Part shown: positions 49,501 to 62,661 of the stretch, one piece after another
Layout: each line of letters starts with the position of its first letter
Numbering within the stretch: the first letter of the stretch is position 1
From: Phyllosticta citribraziliensis
Lineage: Eukaryota
NCBI RefSeq assembly: GCF_038025025.1
Contig: NW_027117339.1
Location: forward strand, 1,364,001 to 1,428,000
Direction of reading: 5' to 3'
Length of the DNA: 64,000 nucleotides
The notes under the pieces: generated by a model
The model's input: the letters and a program-made list of their open reading frames with translations, nothing else
What the model was told of the DNA's origin: nothing
Databases searched by the model: none
Translations under genes and position numbers: made by a program

Positions 49501-50870
49501 TTACTCGACAAAGTCACCATCCTCGGGCAGCTCCGCAATGACGTCTTGCACGATCTTGATCAACTCATCGATGTCCGGTCTTTCAGAGGGCTCGACGCGC
49601 AGACATTTCCGCACAACTTCCTTAACAGGTTCGCTGATGCTGCCCTCCTGCGGCGCCGCGGGTTGCGACGCAGGTTGTTTCCCGTGCTTCTGCGCTGAAC
49701 CTTCGTCTGGGAAGCGCCAGTCGCCGCCGAGCACGCAAAGGCTGAGACTACCTCCAGTCTCTTCGGACCGCGCCTCGAAAGGCGACTTGCCAACTAGACA
49801 AGCGTACAGCGTACAGCCCAATGACCAGATATCCACCTGAGTATCAATTACTGTATCGGTCTTAACGTCGAATAGCTCCGGCGCGCGGTAAGGCATCGTG
49901 CTGTGTTCCGCTGCCGTGTCTTGGACTTGCAGCGCGAGCGAGCGTGACGTAATCGGGATGGGGGATGGCGCGAGAGAGCCAAGGTCCATGAGAATTGGAG
50001 TCTTGCCGTCGTCGCCGATCATGATGTTGCCTGTAATTCTGTTAGTCGACAACTCGCGATGTCTCGAGCAACTTTCTGACCTGGTTTGATATCCCTATGC
50101 GCATACGCCCTCAGCTCGCCTGGACCGACGCCTTCCTGCGCAGCGGTGACCTCATCATCCATCAAGGGCTCTGCTTCGTCGTCCTCGCTGTCTTGGCTCC
50201 GGTTCTTTCCCTTGCCAGCCCGCGCGCCTACTTCTTCGTCCGCCGCTGCGGCTTCTTGTCTAACCCGCTTCGCGTTGCCTTGCGATGCGGCACCTCCAGG
50301 TCCTCCCTTGACTTTGTATTGGTGCATGGCTTTCAATGCTTTGCAAATTCCCAAGAGTAGGACCATGAGCCTGCGCTCAGGGAAACGAGTGTGGTTGACC
50401 AGGTTGGCATTGATCAAGTCCTGCAGGTTGCCTCTCCTGTAATATGGGAGCAGGATGTACACGGTTTTGGCGCCGGGGTCAGATCTGTCAGAAGCGATGC
50501 TGTGGTCGATGCAGTGAATGATGTTGGGGTGCGGCGCGAATAGGCTGTAGGCCTCGACTTCCTTGAGGGCTTGTGAGACCGACTCCTGGCCGAAGGGACA
50601 CCTAATCTTCTTCAAGGCGTAGAGATTCGAGCCCGATTTGTCTTGGACGAGGTAGACGTAGGAAAAGCCGCCCTAGATTGAAGAAATCAATTAGCCGTCC
50701 CGCAGGTCTCTTCATCCAAGCTGATCCTAGGGGCCGCTTACCTCTCCTAGCAGGCGCAGGATCTTGAAGCTCCGGCTATTGATTTTGAGCTGCGGCGACC
50801 CTGGGAAACATGACATGCAGTTTGTCAAGGAGTAGACCAAGTCGAAAAGGTAAGAAGCGAGTGAAGACAT
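49501..50870 (-). CDS. ENV7: NAK-family Ser/Thr protein kinase (Env7/STK16-like)
   Basis: N-terminal CMSCF, LLGE|GGFSYVYLV, YALKKIRC, AHRDIKP|GN, DLGS, TMPYRAPELF and DIWSLGC. Introns ~50741-50673 and ~50080-50032. Confidence 0.88.
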
Positions 50871-51387
50871 GCTGAATCGCGATGTGGCGCCTCCCGGGTA
50901 GGTAGACTCTCCAGAGGAAGGAAGACTGGCGGGGAATTCGGGATGGTAACCACTACGGTGAACTCGCGATAGCTCCAGTTTGGCGGTTGTAACGGGTATT
51001 CAAAAGAGAGGAGTCTGGAATATCCTGGGGTTGTAGAATAGTAAGCTGGTGGTGTTTACGTGGAAAGTTGGGGCTTTGGTGCTGCGGCAGCGACTTACGT
51101 TGGTCGGCAGCTCGGCAAAGATGCCTCAGTCCTCAGGCAACATAATGATTCACGCCTCAAATGCTAGGGCGGTCTCCTGGCTTCTCCACACTATCTTGAT
51201 CAAGGATCAGGTGGCTTTGTTTGCCTACCCTTCTAAATGCTTGTCCCTGAGCTAATGCCAAACAACCTTATCCATATCGTCAATTGAAAAGTCGATTGAA
51301 TGCGAATCAGTCTCGTATTCGCATCCAAGACATGAACCATGCAAGGCACAACCACCAAACCATCAGAAAATGCGTCGAAAATGAGAG

Positions 51388-52369
51388 CTATGGCTTCTTC
51401 GCGACCGCGCGAAGTCTGACGTATCCAATCCACCAGCTTCCATCCTCCTCTCTCCGACAGCTAGATCTGAGCACTTCCACAACCCACTTCACCACTTCGG
51501 CTCTCTTCAGCTCATTCACCTTCTCCAGAAGTTGAGCTCCGAAAAGCCTCACCCATCCATCCAGCCCTCCCTCGTCATCACCCGTGAGCTTCGTCGGTCT
51601 GTACTCCAACTCGACCTTTTCTACGTTGAATCCCACGTCCTCAAGCGTCGTCGCCATCCATTTCTCCGAAGGGAAGAACCAGGGGTCGGCCGCTCTCACC
51701 TCATCAAGCGGGATGCCGTGTATGACGAGCGCCGCAATGATGGTTGATCGGACTTCGGCCACGTTTCCTGCTCCTCCCATTTCGAAGACGAGGGCGCCGC
51801 CGGGCTTCAGTGCATTGAAAGCATCTACAAACACGTCCCGGCGGGTCTCCGGGTTCCGCAGGATCCAGTGGTAGGCAGCGTTTGAGAATACCTTGTCCCA
51901 GCTGCCATTGAGGACATCTGGGGCTTCTTTTGACAATTTGGTGCAATCGGCAACTCGGAAGGCGAGATTCGGGTGCTTGGAGTGAGCGTAGTCGGCCTGA
52001 GCAGAGCTGATCATGGATGGGGAGGCGTCAAGACCGACAACACGGCCAAGTTGTGCGGCAGCGGCAATTTGAGCAGTAAGAGGTCCGTCTCCACATCCTA
52101 TGTCGAGAACGGTATCGGTGGGTTGAGCATCAAGGTAAGACACCACAGTACTGGTGAGTTTTGGGACAAAGGACGCCGAAGTGTTGTAGGCCTAGTGTTG
52201 AATGAGAACATTGAAACTTTGGATCAAAAGTAGAACATGGTGCAAGAAGAAGAGACAAATGCGTGATAACTCAGCTCGTGTCTCTGATGGTTGGTAAGAT
52301 AAACACAGAAATAGACGTGACTACCTTCGAAGTCCAATGGTCCTTGTTGGTAGTCTGGGTTGGAGGCAT
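51388..52369 (-). CDS. Class I SAM-dependent methyltransferase (trans-aconitate methyltransferase-like)
   Basis: MPPTQTTNKDHWTSK, intron, then AYNTSASFVPKL..VLDIGCGDG..DKVFSNAAYHW..EMGGAGN..YVRLR. Confidence 0.9.
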
Positions 52370-52873
52370 TTTTCTGGGAGCTTAGCTTTGAGGTACAAAG
52401 TTGCATCAAGTCAGTATTTAAGGACGGGTTCCCCAATCGGGAATGCCGACATCGGCCGTCAGACTGACCCGCTATCCATTAGCATCTGCATAAGTGGCGA
52501 GAATGGCGGATGATACTGGGAATTGCCCTCCGAGCTCGGCGGCCGTCATCACAACAGATCGGCAATTTTCTGTCGAGTTGGAGGAATCTCACCATGCTGT
52601 CAGGTCATGATGTCCAGAAATACAGAGTAACTAGGGAAAGAAAGTTGGAGGAATGCCGGAGAATTCATTGTAAAGTCAAGACAGAGGTTGACCTCACCAG
52701 ATCGCCAAACAATCGTCAATAGCGACATCAACAGGAGATGTCGCTGAAATGCACAATCAATAGAGCCAAACCCCGGCCATGCTAGATTCGTTCTCGCATG
52801 CCTCAAAATGATACCACATACGCCGATGCTATGCATACCCAAAATCAAGTCAACCGAGAGTGAAAAGTATGAA

Positions 52874-53380
52874 TCACACTCCGTACCACCTCATCCAGCC
52901 CTTTTCTGCGGCACGCGCGGCCTCCCTCTCCATCTCGACCTGCTTTTCTATCCGGGCAATAGCGAAATCGACTTGCTTCTTGGATTCCTCAATAGGAGTG
53001 TCGCAACCTCGGAGGCCGATGAACTTGCCAAGTTTACGGCGCTTGATGGCGAGGCGATCCTCAGGGCTGAGCGCCGGATCGGCGAGGAACTCGACATCCC
53101 AGTGCATGGGGCAGGGGTAGAGCTCAGTCCACTGGTTGGCTGTCGTTTGATGGTAGTAGGCGGCAATATTGTCCAGCTGCTCCTCGTTCAAAAGCCAAAA
53201 GTGCAACAGGCTCTTCGGGAAGTCCGGGTGCGGTGGACCACATGGCATGGGATAGAGAGGGCACAGCCTAAGCTTGAGCTTGTCGACCTTCTGCACAAAG
53301 TCGGGAGAGCTCCGGGCTGTCGAGTTGGACATGATGTTGCTAGGGAGCTGGGCTTGGTCGCTTCTGTGTGTCGCATCCAT
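52874..53380 (-). CDS. Conserved-looking fungal hypothetical protein
   Basis: ATG at 53380 (aacATGg). Motifs HPDFPKSLLHFWLL..QLDNIAAYYHQ and KRRKLGKFIGLRGCDTP. Confidence 0.8.
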   Translation of the reverse strand: MDATHRSDQAQLPSNIMSNSTARSSPDFVQKVDKLKLRLCPLYPMPCGPPHPDFPKSLLHFWLLNEEQLDNIAAYYHQTTANQWTELYPCPMHWDVEFLADPALSPEDRLAIKRRKLGKFIGLRGCDTPIEESKKQVDFAIARIEKQVEMEREAARAAEKGWMRWYGV

Positions 53381-54356
53381 GTTTATTGAGCTTTCCAATG
53401 ACAGTGTCCGTTGGTTGAAAAATATTACGGGCTGGCCGTGTGTCGAAATGTTTGTGTGGTAGTCTCAAGGTCTCGGAAACTGGAAATGAAGAGGGACTCG
53501 CTGAAAAGCAGCTACGACCAGCGTAGAAAAAGTAAGGTGGTCGAAAGAAGGAGCTGGGTTAGAAGAGTGAGTCGAGGATGGGAAAGGGCTGGATGCGATT
53601 CCAATATATGCTCTACCGCTTCTTTGTGAACCGAGCTCTTTCAGCAATGTGCTAGATTTAGCATCACGGGGAAAGAATAGAAAGAAACAACAAAGGAGGG
53701 AGCCCGAGGACAATCCTGGGCATTCTTATTCTTTGGTCTTTGAGCGGCAAACAAAGACAGTTCTCAACGTCGAAGTTGCAAGACACGCGCGCGGACTTGG
53801 CAGTCGCAAGCTGGGTGCTTTGTTGGTGTCAGCCTTGTTTCATTGTGGACTCCATCATAGGTTCCGCAGTAATAGGGTATGGCACAGCGCGTAGATTGCC
53901 AATGATAGAACAGGAAGACATGAGGTCAAGGCAACGGGAGCGGTGAACAGCCACTTCGAGGCCCAAGCACCTGCATCCCATCCCCAAGCGACCGAAGCAA
54001 ATATCAGTTATGCAGTCCGCGCGGTTTTGTCTCCTCGAAGAGTAAGGCGTCTTGGTCGCGGCCCTGAGCTGTTGTGATGCCTGGGAATTGTCAATCAAAG
54101 TCGGGCATGGTTGGTGTGGACGAGCAGAGTAGAGGCGCCGATTCTCCAACGAAACTTGTTGGACTCCCGCTTGGATCTCGAAGCGCGAGAGACGATGTTC
54201 GGGATTTGCGTTGGGACTGGTGTGTACGTTGGAGTTCAAGGTTCTGCCAGCTGTTGGTGTCAGGGTTGCCTTTGCGAGGTCCCGTCGAGTGGGAGTGGCC
54301 CTGGTCACCCCCTTAGTCAGCGGTGTCCCCGAACTAATATCGCGGCACGCCCGCTG

Positions 54357-54369
54357 ACGCGCGACGCGT
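54357..54369 (+). promoter_or_regulatory. Tandem MCB-like (MluI cell-cycle box) elements upstream of PCNA
   Basis: ACGCGCGACGCGT about 150 nt upstream of the PCNA start. ACGCGT elements are established G1/S (MBF) sites in fungal PCNA promoters. Confidence 0.65.
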
Positions 54370-54519
54370 CCGACCCGCGACAGAGCTTAAAATCCCCCAG
54401 TGCTCGTTGGCTTCGCCTCAACCACCACCTTACTCGAACCCAACCCACCAAGCGTCCTTGCTTTCGTCTTTCCTCTCTCCTGATACCCAATTCCCGCGTG
54501 TAATACCTCACCTGCAAAG

Positions 54520-55514
54520 AGTAAGGCTCCATCGCCCCATAGCGCCCGCCGACACGGACTAACTTGTCGCAGTGTTGGAGGCCAAGCTTTCGCAGCCTAT
54601 GCTGCTAAAGAAGGTCTGTACCGCTCTTACAGCCATTCTGACTGCTGCTAATCCAGCCAAAGATTGTCGATGCGATCAAGAACCTCGTACAAGACTGCAA
54701 CTTTGACTGCAATGAGTCGGGTATGGCGCTGCAAGCCATGGACAACTCTCACGTCGCGCTTGTGTCCATGGTGCTCAAGACGGAGCTGTTCAACCGGTGG
54801 CGTTGTGACAGGAACCTTGCCCTGGGAATCAACCTTACGTCGCTGAACAAGGTCCTCAAGTCGTTGCAAAGCGACGACCTGCTTTCCATCACCGCTGAAG
54901 ACACCCCCGATGTCATCAGCTTCGCGTTCGAGAGCACGGAGAGCGACAGGTTCAGCCAGTATGACCTCAAGCTCATGGACATCGACCAAGAGCACCTTGG
55001 AATTCCCGAGACAGATTACGCCGCGGTCGTCAAGATGCCTTCGAGCGAGTTCCAAAGGATCACAAAGGATTTGATGCAACTCTCCGAGTCAGGTATGATA
55101 CAACGGCAAGCACGCTGTGGCGGTGGCTGACGGACAACAGTCGCGATCGAGTGCACGAAAGAGGGCATCAAGTTCTCTTGCCAGGGCGAGATTGGCTCTG
55201 GTTCCATCACGTTGAGGCAGCACAAGGAGGTTGAGAACCCGGACAACAGCGTGGAAATCACCCTTTCGGAACCCGTCTCCCTCACATTCTCCCTCAAGTA
55301 CCTCTCCAACTTCACCGCTGCCACCGGCCTGTCCTCAACCGTCAAGCTTTCTCTTTCCAACGAGGTGCCGCTGATGGTGGAGTACCCTCTCGTCGACCCG
55401 AACGCGACTGAGAGCAACAGCCACCTGAAGTTCTACTTGGCTCCCAAGGTACGTTTGCGAAATATACCATGGATGCACATGCTCACCATTTTGCAGATTG
55501 GCGACGAGGAGTAG
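54520..55514 (+). CDS. POL30: Proliferating cell nuclear antigen
   Basis: Spliced translation: [81 protein letters not shown]. Four introns. Confidence 0.97.
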
Positions 55515-55844
55515 ACGAAGCGCACCCGACAGCTTACGAACGACCAACGATTACTTCTCCTTGTAGGAATACAACCAAAAGGTACATGATGCGGACGCAG
55601 ACTGGTGAGGGCAGGTTTTAGAGACATCGTGACATGGGGGGGCTGTATTGCGATTCTGGGTGGTTTTGATGCGGAAAAATCGGCGCGATTCCAAGGCACG
55701 CCCGGTTCATCGACCGCGGGGTTGATGTCCAGGCACACGGCCCCACACGTCACCGCGCCGCGGCCTCGCTCGCAGATAAGGTAGAAGAAATTCCATCTCT
55801 GCGACATTCACACTTTCCACACCGTTTTCCTCCTCCGTGCAATC

Positions 55845-57289
55845 ATGGCCGACGAGCATTCAATACCAGAAACCCGAGTTCTCGCCATAGCGAGCCATGT
55901 AGGTGCCTCTGCAGAGTCATCGGACCACGACTGATCGCGCGACAGGTTGCTCATGGGTGAGTCAATACCACTGCACAGCGCTTCGACTCTAAAGGCATGC
56001 AGCTATGTTGGAAACACGATGGCAACATTCATCATGCAAGCACTCGGGTGCGAGGTATCGGCAATCAATACGGTGCATTACAGTCAGACCTGATCCATAT
56101 CCTGCTCGGTGTAAACCACAACTTACCGTTGCGCGCACACTAGGCAATCACACGGCATACAAACAAGTCAAGGGACGCAAGACGACAGCGGACGAGATTC
56201 TCGAATTGTACGACGGCCTGAAGCAATCCTATCTGAACAACTTCGACGTCCTGCTTTCCGGATACATGCCCAGTGCGGAAGCTGTGCAAGCGGTAGGCAA
56301 GATTGGCAGAGACTTGAGGTTCAACGCGTCAGGCAGGCCGGGATCCTTCTTCTGGGGTGGGTAGGCGTCTCCCAAGATGCAGCCCGAATACCAGATGGGG
56401 AGAAGGGACTGATCTCTTTTAGCGCTTGACCCCGTCATGGGCGACCAAGGCCGTTGCTATGTACCGGAGAACGAGATTCCAGAGTACAAGGCCCTGCTGC
56501 GTGAAGCGGACCTGATTTTGCCCAACCAATTCGAGGCCGAGTAAGTTGGTTCATGATCCTCGAGTTTCCGCCTTCCTTTTTCCCGTTTGGAATCGCGTCA
56601 CTAAATTGTTTTCAAGACTCCTCTCCTCTACCAAAATCAAGAACATTCCCACTCTCGCTACTGCAATCGAAACATTGCACCGCACCTATCAGATACCTCA
56701 TATCATCATAACCAGCCTCCGTCTTTCTCCGGTCGACGGCACCATAACTCCTGACGCCGAGACAAATCCTACGCACCTGACCATCATCGGAAGCACCGCT
56801 CGAACAGACCACTCTCCTCGCCTCTTTCGCGTCGATGTACCCGCCCTCCCTCTCTTCTTCTCTGGCACTGGCGACATGTTTGCTGCCCTCACCGTGGCTC
56901 GCCTGAGAGAAGCCAGCGCCCGCGCGAACCTCCTAAACACAGCTTCATGGCGGAGCCCTGACGAAGTAGGCGCGGGAGACTTGCCGCTCGCGCAAGCTGT
57001 CGAGCGTGTCTTGGAGAGCATGCAGGCAGTTTTGAAGAAAACTATGCGTGCATACGAGAAGGAGATGGAGACGCTTGAGGCAGAAGATGACAGAGCTGGT
57101 TTGAGCGCCAACAGCGAAGGGGAGCGGGATCGCGAGGTCAAGAGACATTTGCGGCGGATGAGGGCAAGCGAAGTGAGGGTTGTGAGGAATGTAGGGGATT
57201 TGCTGCTGCGGGAAACAGAGGATGAGAGGGAGAAGTTTACCGCAACAGAGGTGGTGGTTGACGCCAGCCAATCGTCGACTCCACTTTGA
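55845..57289 (+). CDS. BUD16: Pyridoxal kinase (PdxK/Bud16)
   Basis: [51 protein letters not shown] and [11 protein letters not shown]. Five introns, including an 11-nt micro-exon. Confidence 0.93.
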
Positions 57290-58708
57290 CATTTCACCAG
57301 GCACAAGAAGCAAGACCAGTGGAGTCACTGACATAGACAAGATGAATTAAAGACTTCGAGTTCCGGGCGATCCCCCTGTTGAAGACAGCGCGCCGGCCTC
57401 GCGAGCGGAAGGAAATGTATCTACCTGGAAGGTTCACGGCCTCGTGCCCTTTCGCTTGATCATTACATCGCTTCCGAAACTTCGAATCTCTCCACATATG
57501 GTATCTCCGCATGTAATTCTATGACAGGGTTGCAAAAGCCTGCGGTTTCATGGACAACGACTGTTTCGCCCACTGGATCGAGCATCAGCAGAGACCAACC
57601 GCTTCTGAAACCCACTATAAATTCACAATCACTGCGCTGCCGAGTAGAATTCCACAGTTTCTTCGTCTGGTTGTGGAGCTAGCTGAAGGTGGTCGGTTAC
57701 TACCATGCCGACCGTGGCTCGAGGTGTCAGTCTCTTTAGCAATCACTGGCCAAGCATACTGGAAACATACAGAGAGGAACATTGGGACCTCAAGAGCTAA
57801 TGGAAAATGCTGGCTGGGCTCGGCTCTCACAATTTCCAGAAAGTTTGGCAGCAAGAAACACAGATTGATGAGGTGGCACGCCACGGTCACAACCTCTTGG
57901 CCCGATGTCGCCGTAGAAAAGTTGGCATCTGGACTGCACTGTGCAGTGGCGGTGCAGTATCCCTCCAGTCCTCGTAACTCGTGCTGAAGTCCAGTCAGAT
58001 GCAACCGAAGGGGCGCTCTTGTAGGATCTCCTCCTTGAAACGGCCGACCTGGTGCCCACAAGACAGCATTGTCTGTTGCTTGTCGCGCCGATCGGCTTGT
58101 CGTAACAGAGCCTGCGGTGTCGTGTGGGCCTGCCTTTGGACCCGTGAGCATGCAAGGTGAGTTTTCAGGTGCGATTTCTCAAGTTTGATCATGTAGGCTC
58201 GCACCACGTGTTCTTGAAGTCGAGCTGCTGTCACTGGTGCAAGTCTTGCTGGATTTGGCGCCTCATGGGCACGCAGAGCCTGCAGCGCTGCCGCTGCGGA
58301 GAGGTCGAATCTCCAAGGACTCCAAGAAAAGAGCGAAGCGCGGCGCTCACAGTCACCCAATGTGGGCGCTCCTTCCTACTCCGGGGCACCGCCTGCTTCT
58401 CGACGCGTCGCGTCACCCAACACCCTCTCCCCGCAACCGCACCACCGCACCACCACAGCTCTATTGCGCGCTCTTACCTCACGCCGCGCTCCTCCAAAGA
58501 CTTCAGCATCCCCAGAGGCGACGCAACTTGTCGCCTCAGCTTCGCTCCCTCTGCTCAGCTTTGTCAAAAGCTCGCCGTCGAAGCGAAAACTGGTCGAGTT
58601 GCTGAGAGGTCTTGCAGACTCTCCAGAGTGAGCGCACAGAGCATCAAACCCGATCGTTGTCTTCTTCATCTTCACATCCATGAAAGCGGCACCCTGATTG
58701 AATACAAC

Positions 58709-60517
58709 ATGGATGAGCAAGAAGAGGGCGGCAGCGCGTCTCAAAGAAGCAACATTCCCCGGGCGGTTCTCGTCAGCAAAACCAAGGTGAGATGACCTGG
58801 AACCAGCGAGATGCAGCCTGGAGCAATCACTAAAGTTCTATCTCGAGATAAAGAACGAAGACAGTGACAACAATGCGCCCAACGACCAAGGAATCACCCC
58901 AGCAGTGAAAGTCTCAAGTCAGATTGGCCAAGGGCGTTCGGCAGTAAGCATGCCCCGCTACCAAATTGCCAGGGCCAAGCAACTTACAAGTCAAGCAGAA
59001 ATTGCGCAATGGCGTATACCGTCAATACGTGGTGCTCGAATCGAGGGTGCCGTTCAGCATCCAGACAATGGTATCGTGCCGCCGCGCAAGTCCACAGACC
59101 ATTTACTGACTTCGAATAGATGAACATCGACGAAGGCCCAATGGCTGGATACGAAGCGATCATCGTCAAACCCTCCAAGACCTTCCGATTTCTGGAGCTT
59201 CCTCGCGAACTTCGAGACAGAATTCTCTTGCTTGCTTTGCTTGTGCCTGAGGCCCGGGTCCAACATCGCCAGACCAGGACCGTCGACTATGTAAACAGCG
59301 GCTTCGGTAACGGCTTTAAAACTGTCAAGATCTTCTCTCACACAACGATTTGCACACCTGGTCTACTCCTCGTATGTCATCAAGTCCACGCAGAGTCTCT
59401 TCCCATCATGTACGGTAAGACTATGTTCGAGATTCGATCTGCACGCAGACTTGAAGAGTTTGTGGAGAAGATTGGCCACAACGCCAGATTCGTCAAGACT
59501 ATGTCTATCACGGGATCAAGTCTCACGGGATCAAGTATCGACGACTTGTATGGAAAAGCAGACCTCCTTTCGAAACTGGTATACTTAAACCGCCTCAATC
59601 TCATCCACCGCCATGAGACTTGTGAGTCTTTTAACAGTCCCATCGCCATTGCAGAAGAGTTTTATAATATTGCCACAAGCTGGATTCACGAAGTCGGGAT
59701 CATAAAAGGCAACAGATACGCTGCAGTGGATGTCATAAAGTTCCAGGATTGTTCTTCTGCATGGAATGCAGATTTCCGCGCCCAGTTGAAATTCTACATC
59801 GAGAAACGGCCCAGCGCGTTCCGTTTTCTTCAGTTACCCCGGACTGTGCGTCTGAGCATATATGAGCTCGCCATGACCGACCAGTCAGACTACGCAATCG
59901 AAGAGATCCCAGGGATGGAGAGCGAGCCACAGCCTGGAGGAATAATCGCCTTCCATCAAACAAGAGTCAGGGAGCATGGTGCTCGAGTGGTCGACCGCGT
60001 ACACCCTGGAATGATCTACAGATCAAATGCCGTAACCCCGGGTCTTCTACAAGTCAACAGATCGGTTCACAATGAGTCTTTGCCCATTCTTTACTCAAGA
60101 AATACGTTTTCCTTTTCCTTCATCACATTACTTGACGACGCCGGAATCCGCACAATGCTGGAGACATTTTTCAACCAGATTGGAGCTTCAGTAGCATACA
60201 TCAAGCGGTTAGCTGTGGCAAGGCTCATTCCGGAGTGGAGAATCCCGCCAACTCTTATCCACCTCGAAAAGCTCTACATGCCAATGACAGAGGGCTATTG
60301 GACAAAGAAAAAGAATCCAATCATTGCTGCCAGAGATTTCTATACTCGAGAACGTCTGTGGATAGAAGGAGTCGCCTCTTTTCGTGGCGACAGGATGGCC
60401 GTGCTGAATATCATTTCCCCAACGACGGGTCATGATATGAACTTGGTTTCGGCAGAACACCGCACATGGGAACCGAAATTCCGCGCAGAGCTGCGAAGGC
60501 TCTTGCTCCTCAACTGA
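58709..60517 (+). CDS. Protein with two tandem F-box-like/DUF7730-like units; 5' exons tentative
   Basis: Two copies of FRFL(E/Q)LP..R..I / TPGLL.V...VH.ESLPI.Y....F in ORF 59120-60517. An upstream phase-0 intron at 59071-59119 and a candidate ATG at 58709. Confidence 0.78.
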
Positions 60518-61580
60518 ATCAAAAAGTGCTGCGTCTGCGTGGAGGACAAGCACTTGCTCGGTTGCACACTTGCTCAGGAACACTGAATCTCAACTTGAGG
60601 GAGTTTCAGTCATGGATTAACGCTTTCTTAGTGCGTCTATTGCAGTCTCATGCACGACCAACTCCGCCATCGAAGAAGAGGGCGGATTGGCGCACTGGGC
60701 CTTCGCTTTCCAGTTGACTTCTGAACATTGCGAGGGACAAGTGACCGGTACGATTTGCATTTGATACTTTTGCAGTATACGAAAGCAAATGATGTCAATG
60801 AGTGTTTGCTTTCATTTTAAAATGAAGCCCGCGGAGACGAAAGGTCCTGTCAACTGTCAGGTGTGCAAGAGTGCTGTGGCTTACTGTTGGCAAGAAACTG
60901 ACAATAGACAAATGAGGGGTACTACCCGATAATCAGTTGATTTCGTGGAGTCCACTTTGCAAGCATCGTACAGAGCTCGAGAGCCATTGTGAACATGTAT
61001 TGCGCTTGGCCGGAGAGACACACCAGAAGCACTACATCCAAAAGTGAAGACTGAAAGAGCGCGTCAACACCAGTTCATCGAATGAGGGCGATTCAAACAT
61101 GCATTTGGTCTTTCAAAAAACATACGACATGCTCTGTGGTGTTGAGGGGCCAGGAGCAGGGACCAATTAAGCTATGTTTGGCTTACTTCCGGATGGGCCC
61201 GGGAGGCCAGGATTGACGGTCCATGTGCCTTGCGATTTAGTTCAAGTTGACTCGGTGCACAGCAAACAGGACTGCTTGAGATGGGCTAGGTGTACGCACC
61301 ATACCAGAATCTGAACAGGAGCAAATTCACTTGATCTCCAACCTCTATCCTCTGTGGCTGAATCATGCCGTTCCGTGGCTCGCGTGCCAAACGCCCTGTC
61401 TGCGGACCAAGTATTAAGTCCAGCAATAAATCTGACAGTCACTGCGTAGTCCTTCCAGCAGATGCAGATCTCATGCCTAAAAATGAGGTGGCATCAGTCG
61501 ATTTGCTCTCAGTCTCACGCAATGAGCTCGCGGTTGGACTTTTACGCACCTGTTACGAGAACAAGCCAGCTAACTCTTAG

Positions 61581-62661
61581 CCAGAACACCCAGGGCAATT
61601 CGAGGACTTATACGCTCAGACTGGACCTGTCTTCGGCCCATCCGTTTGACGTTTCTCATCTCTCGCGAATTGTAAGCAACAGGCATCATTCGGGACGTTG
61701 ACTGATTATTTGGTGGGAACAGATTCAAACTGGAGAACAGGTCGGCCAATACGCTCTTGTCATCAAAACATGGCATGACTTGGCCGGCTTTTGGAGGCTT
61801 CCTCACGAGATCAAGCAAATAAACTTGCGCTACGTCATGACCAACGCTTCCCCTGTTCATATCAGGGGGCGTGGATACAGGATCTACTCTCCCCGTGCAC
61901 AACTGCGGTACCCGGAAACAACAAACCCATACGGAGCCGCAAAATTTAAAGCGCTTAAGCTGAACGAAACACTTACTCCGGGGCTCCTGACCGCTGGGAA
62001 ACAGCTGAGCAGCGAGGCAGTGGAAGCTTTGTGCGGCGGAAACGTCTTTTCGACGACAAGTTCAAACCTACCGATGTTCCTCTCAACAATTGGCGACATG
62101 GCTTGCGAGTCTCTTCATCGATTGCAGATTGAAGTGGAAATAGCCAAGGATTGGAAGCTGAGTGGGCTGTCTTGTCTGTCCAAATTGCCTCGCCTGAGAG
62201 AACTGCTGCTCAGTTTCGCGAGAGTCGGGGGCAAATACGTCCAGCTCTTTGCCGCCAAGCTCTTCTTTGAACAAACACGGGAGTGGATAACCACGATTGG
62301 GGAAAGACGGCATGACAGGTTCGCTGCAGCAAACACCATCAAAGCGACGTCAAGAAGAACGTGTCCACCATCCCAGGGCTTTATGCCTCCGTACGATCGA
62401 GAAAGTCGCGAGATGGTAATACGCGACGCTGGGTGTTCCAACTTTGACGGCGATTTGCGGAAATTCATTGATGAGCCGGGTCTGGCAGAGTCAGACGAGT
62501 TGTCTACTTGCTTCGCCACTCACAGGCTTCCCCAACAGTACAGTGGTCCGGAGTGGTCTAGGTGGAGAATTATTGAAGATGTCAGGGCCAGAGGAGTTTT
62601 TCTGGACGATCTTGTTGACGATCTTGGCAGCGATACCGTCAACATAGGGCCAGTCTACTGA
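61581..62661 (+). CDS. F-box-like/DUF7730-like paralogue; start not determined
   Basis: FWRLPHEIKQI..TPGLLTAGKQLSSEAVEALCGGNVF..FLSTIG. The intron at 61672-61722 joins an upstream exon in frame. Confidence 0.68.

Noticed and set aside
49980..49995. Kinase has DLG instead of DFG, suggesting a pseudokinase
   Set aside because: DLG is normal for the STK16/Env7 subgroup, and the catalytic Lys and HRD are intact.
41083..57289. Reductase, peptidase, methyltransferase and kinase as a secondary-metabolite cluster
   Set aside because: No backbone enzyme (PKS, NRPS, terpene synthase or RiPP precursor), and the genes are interspersed with housekeeping genes such as PCNA and pyridoxal kinase.
61120..61240. 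ACATACGAC resembling the 5' end of fungal 5S rRNA
   Set aside because: Similarity stops after 9 nt; no internal box A/C sequence or complementary 3' end.
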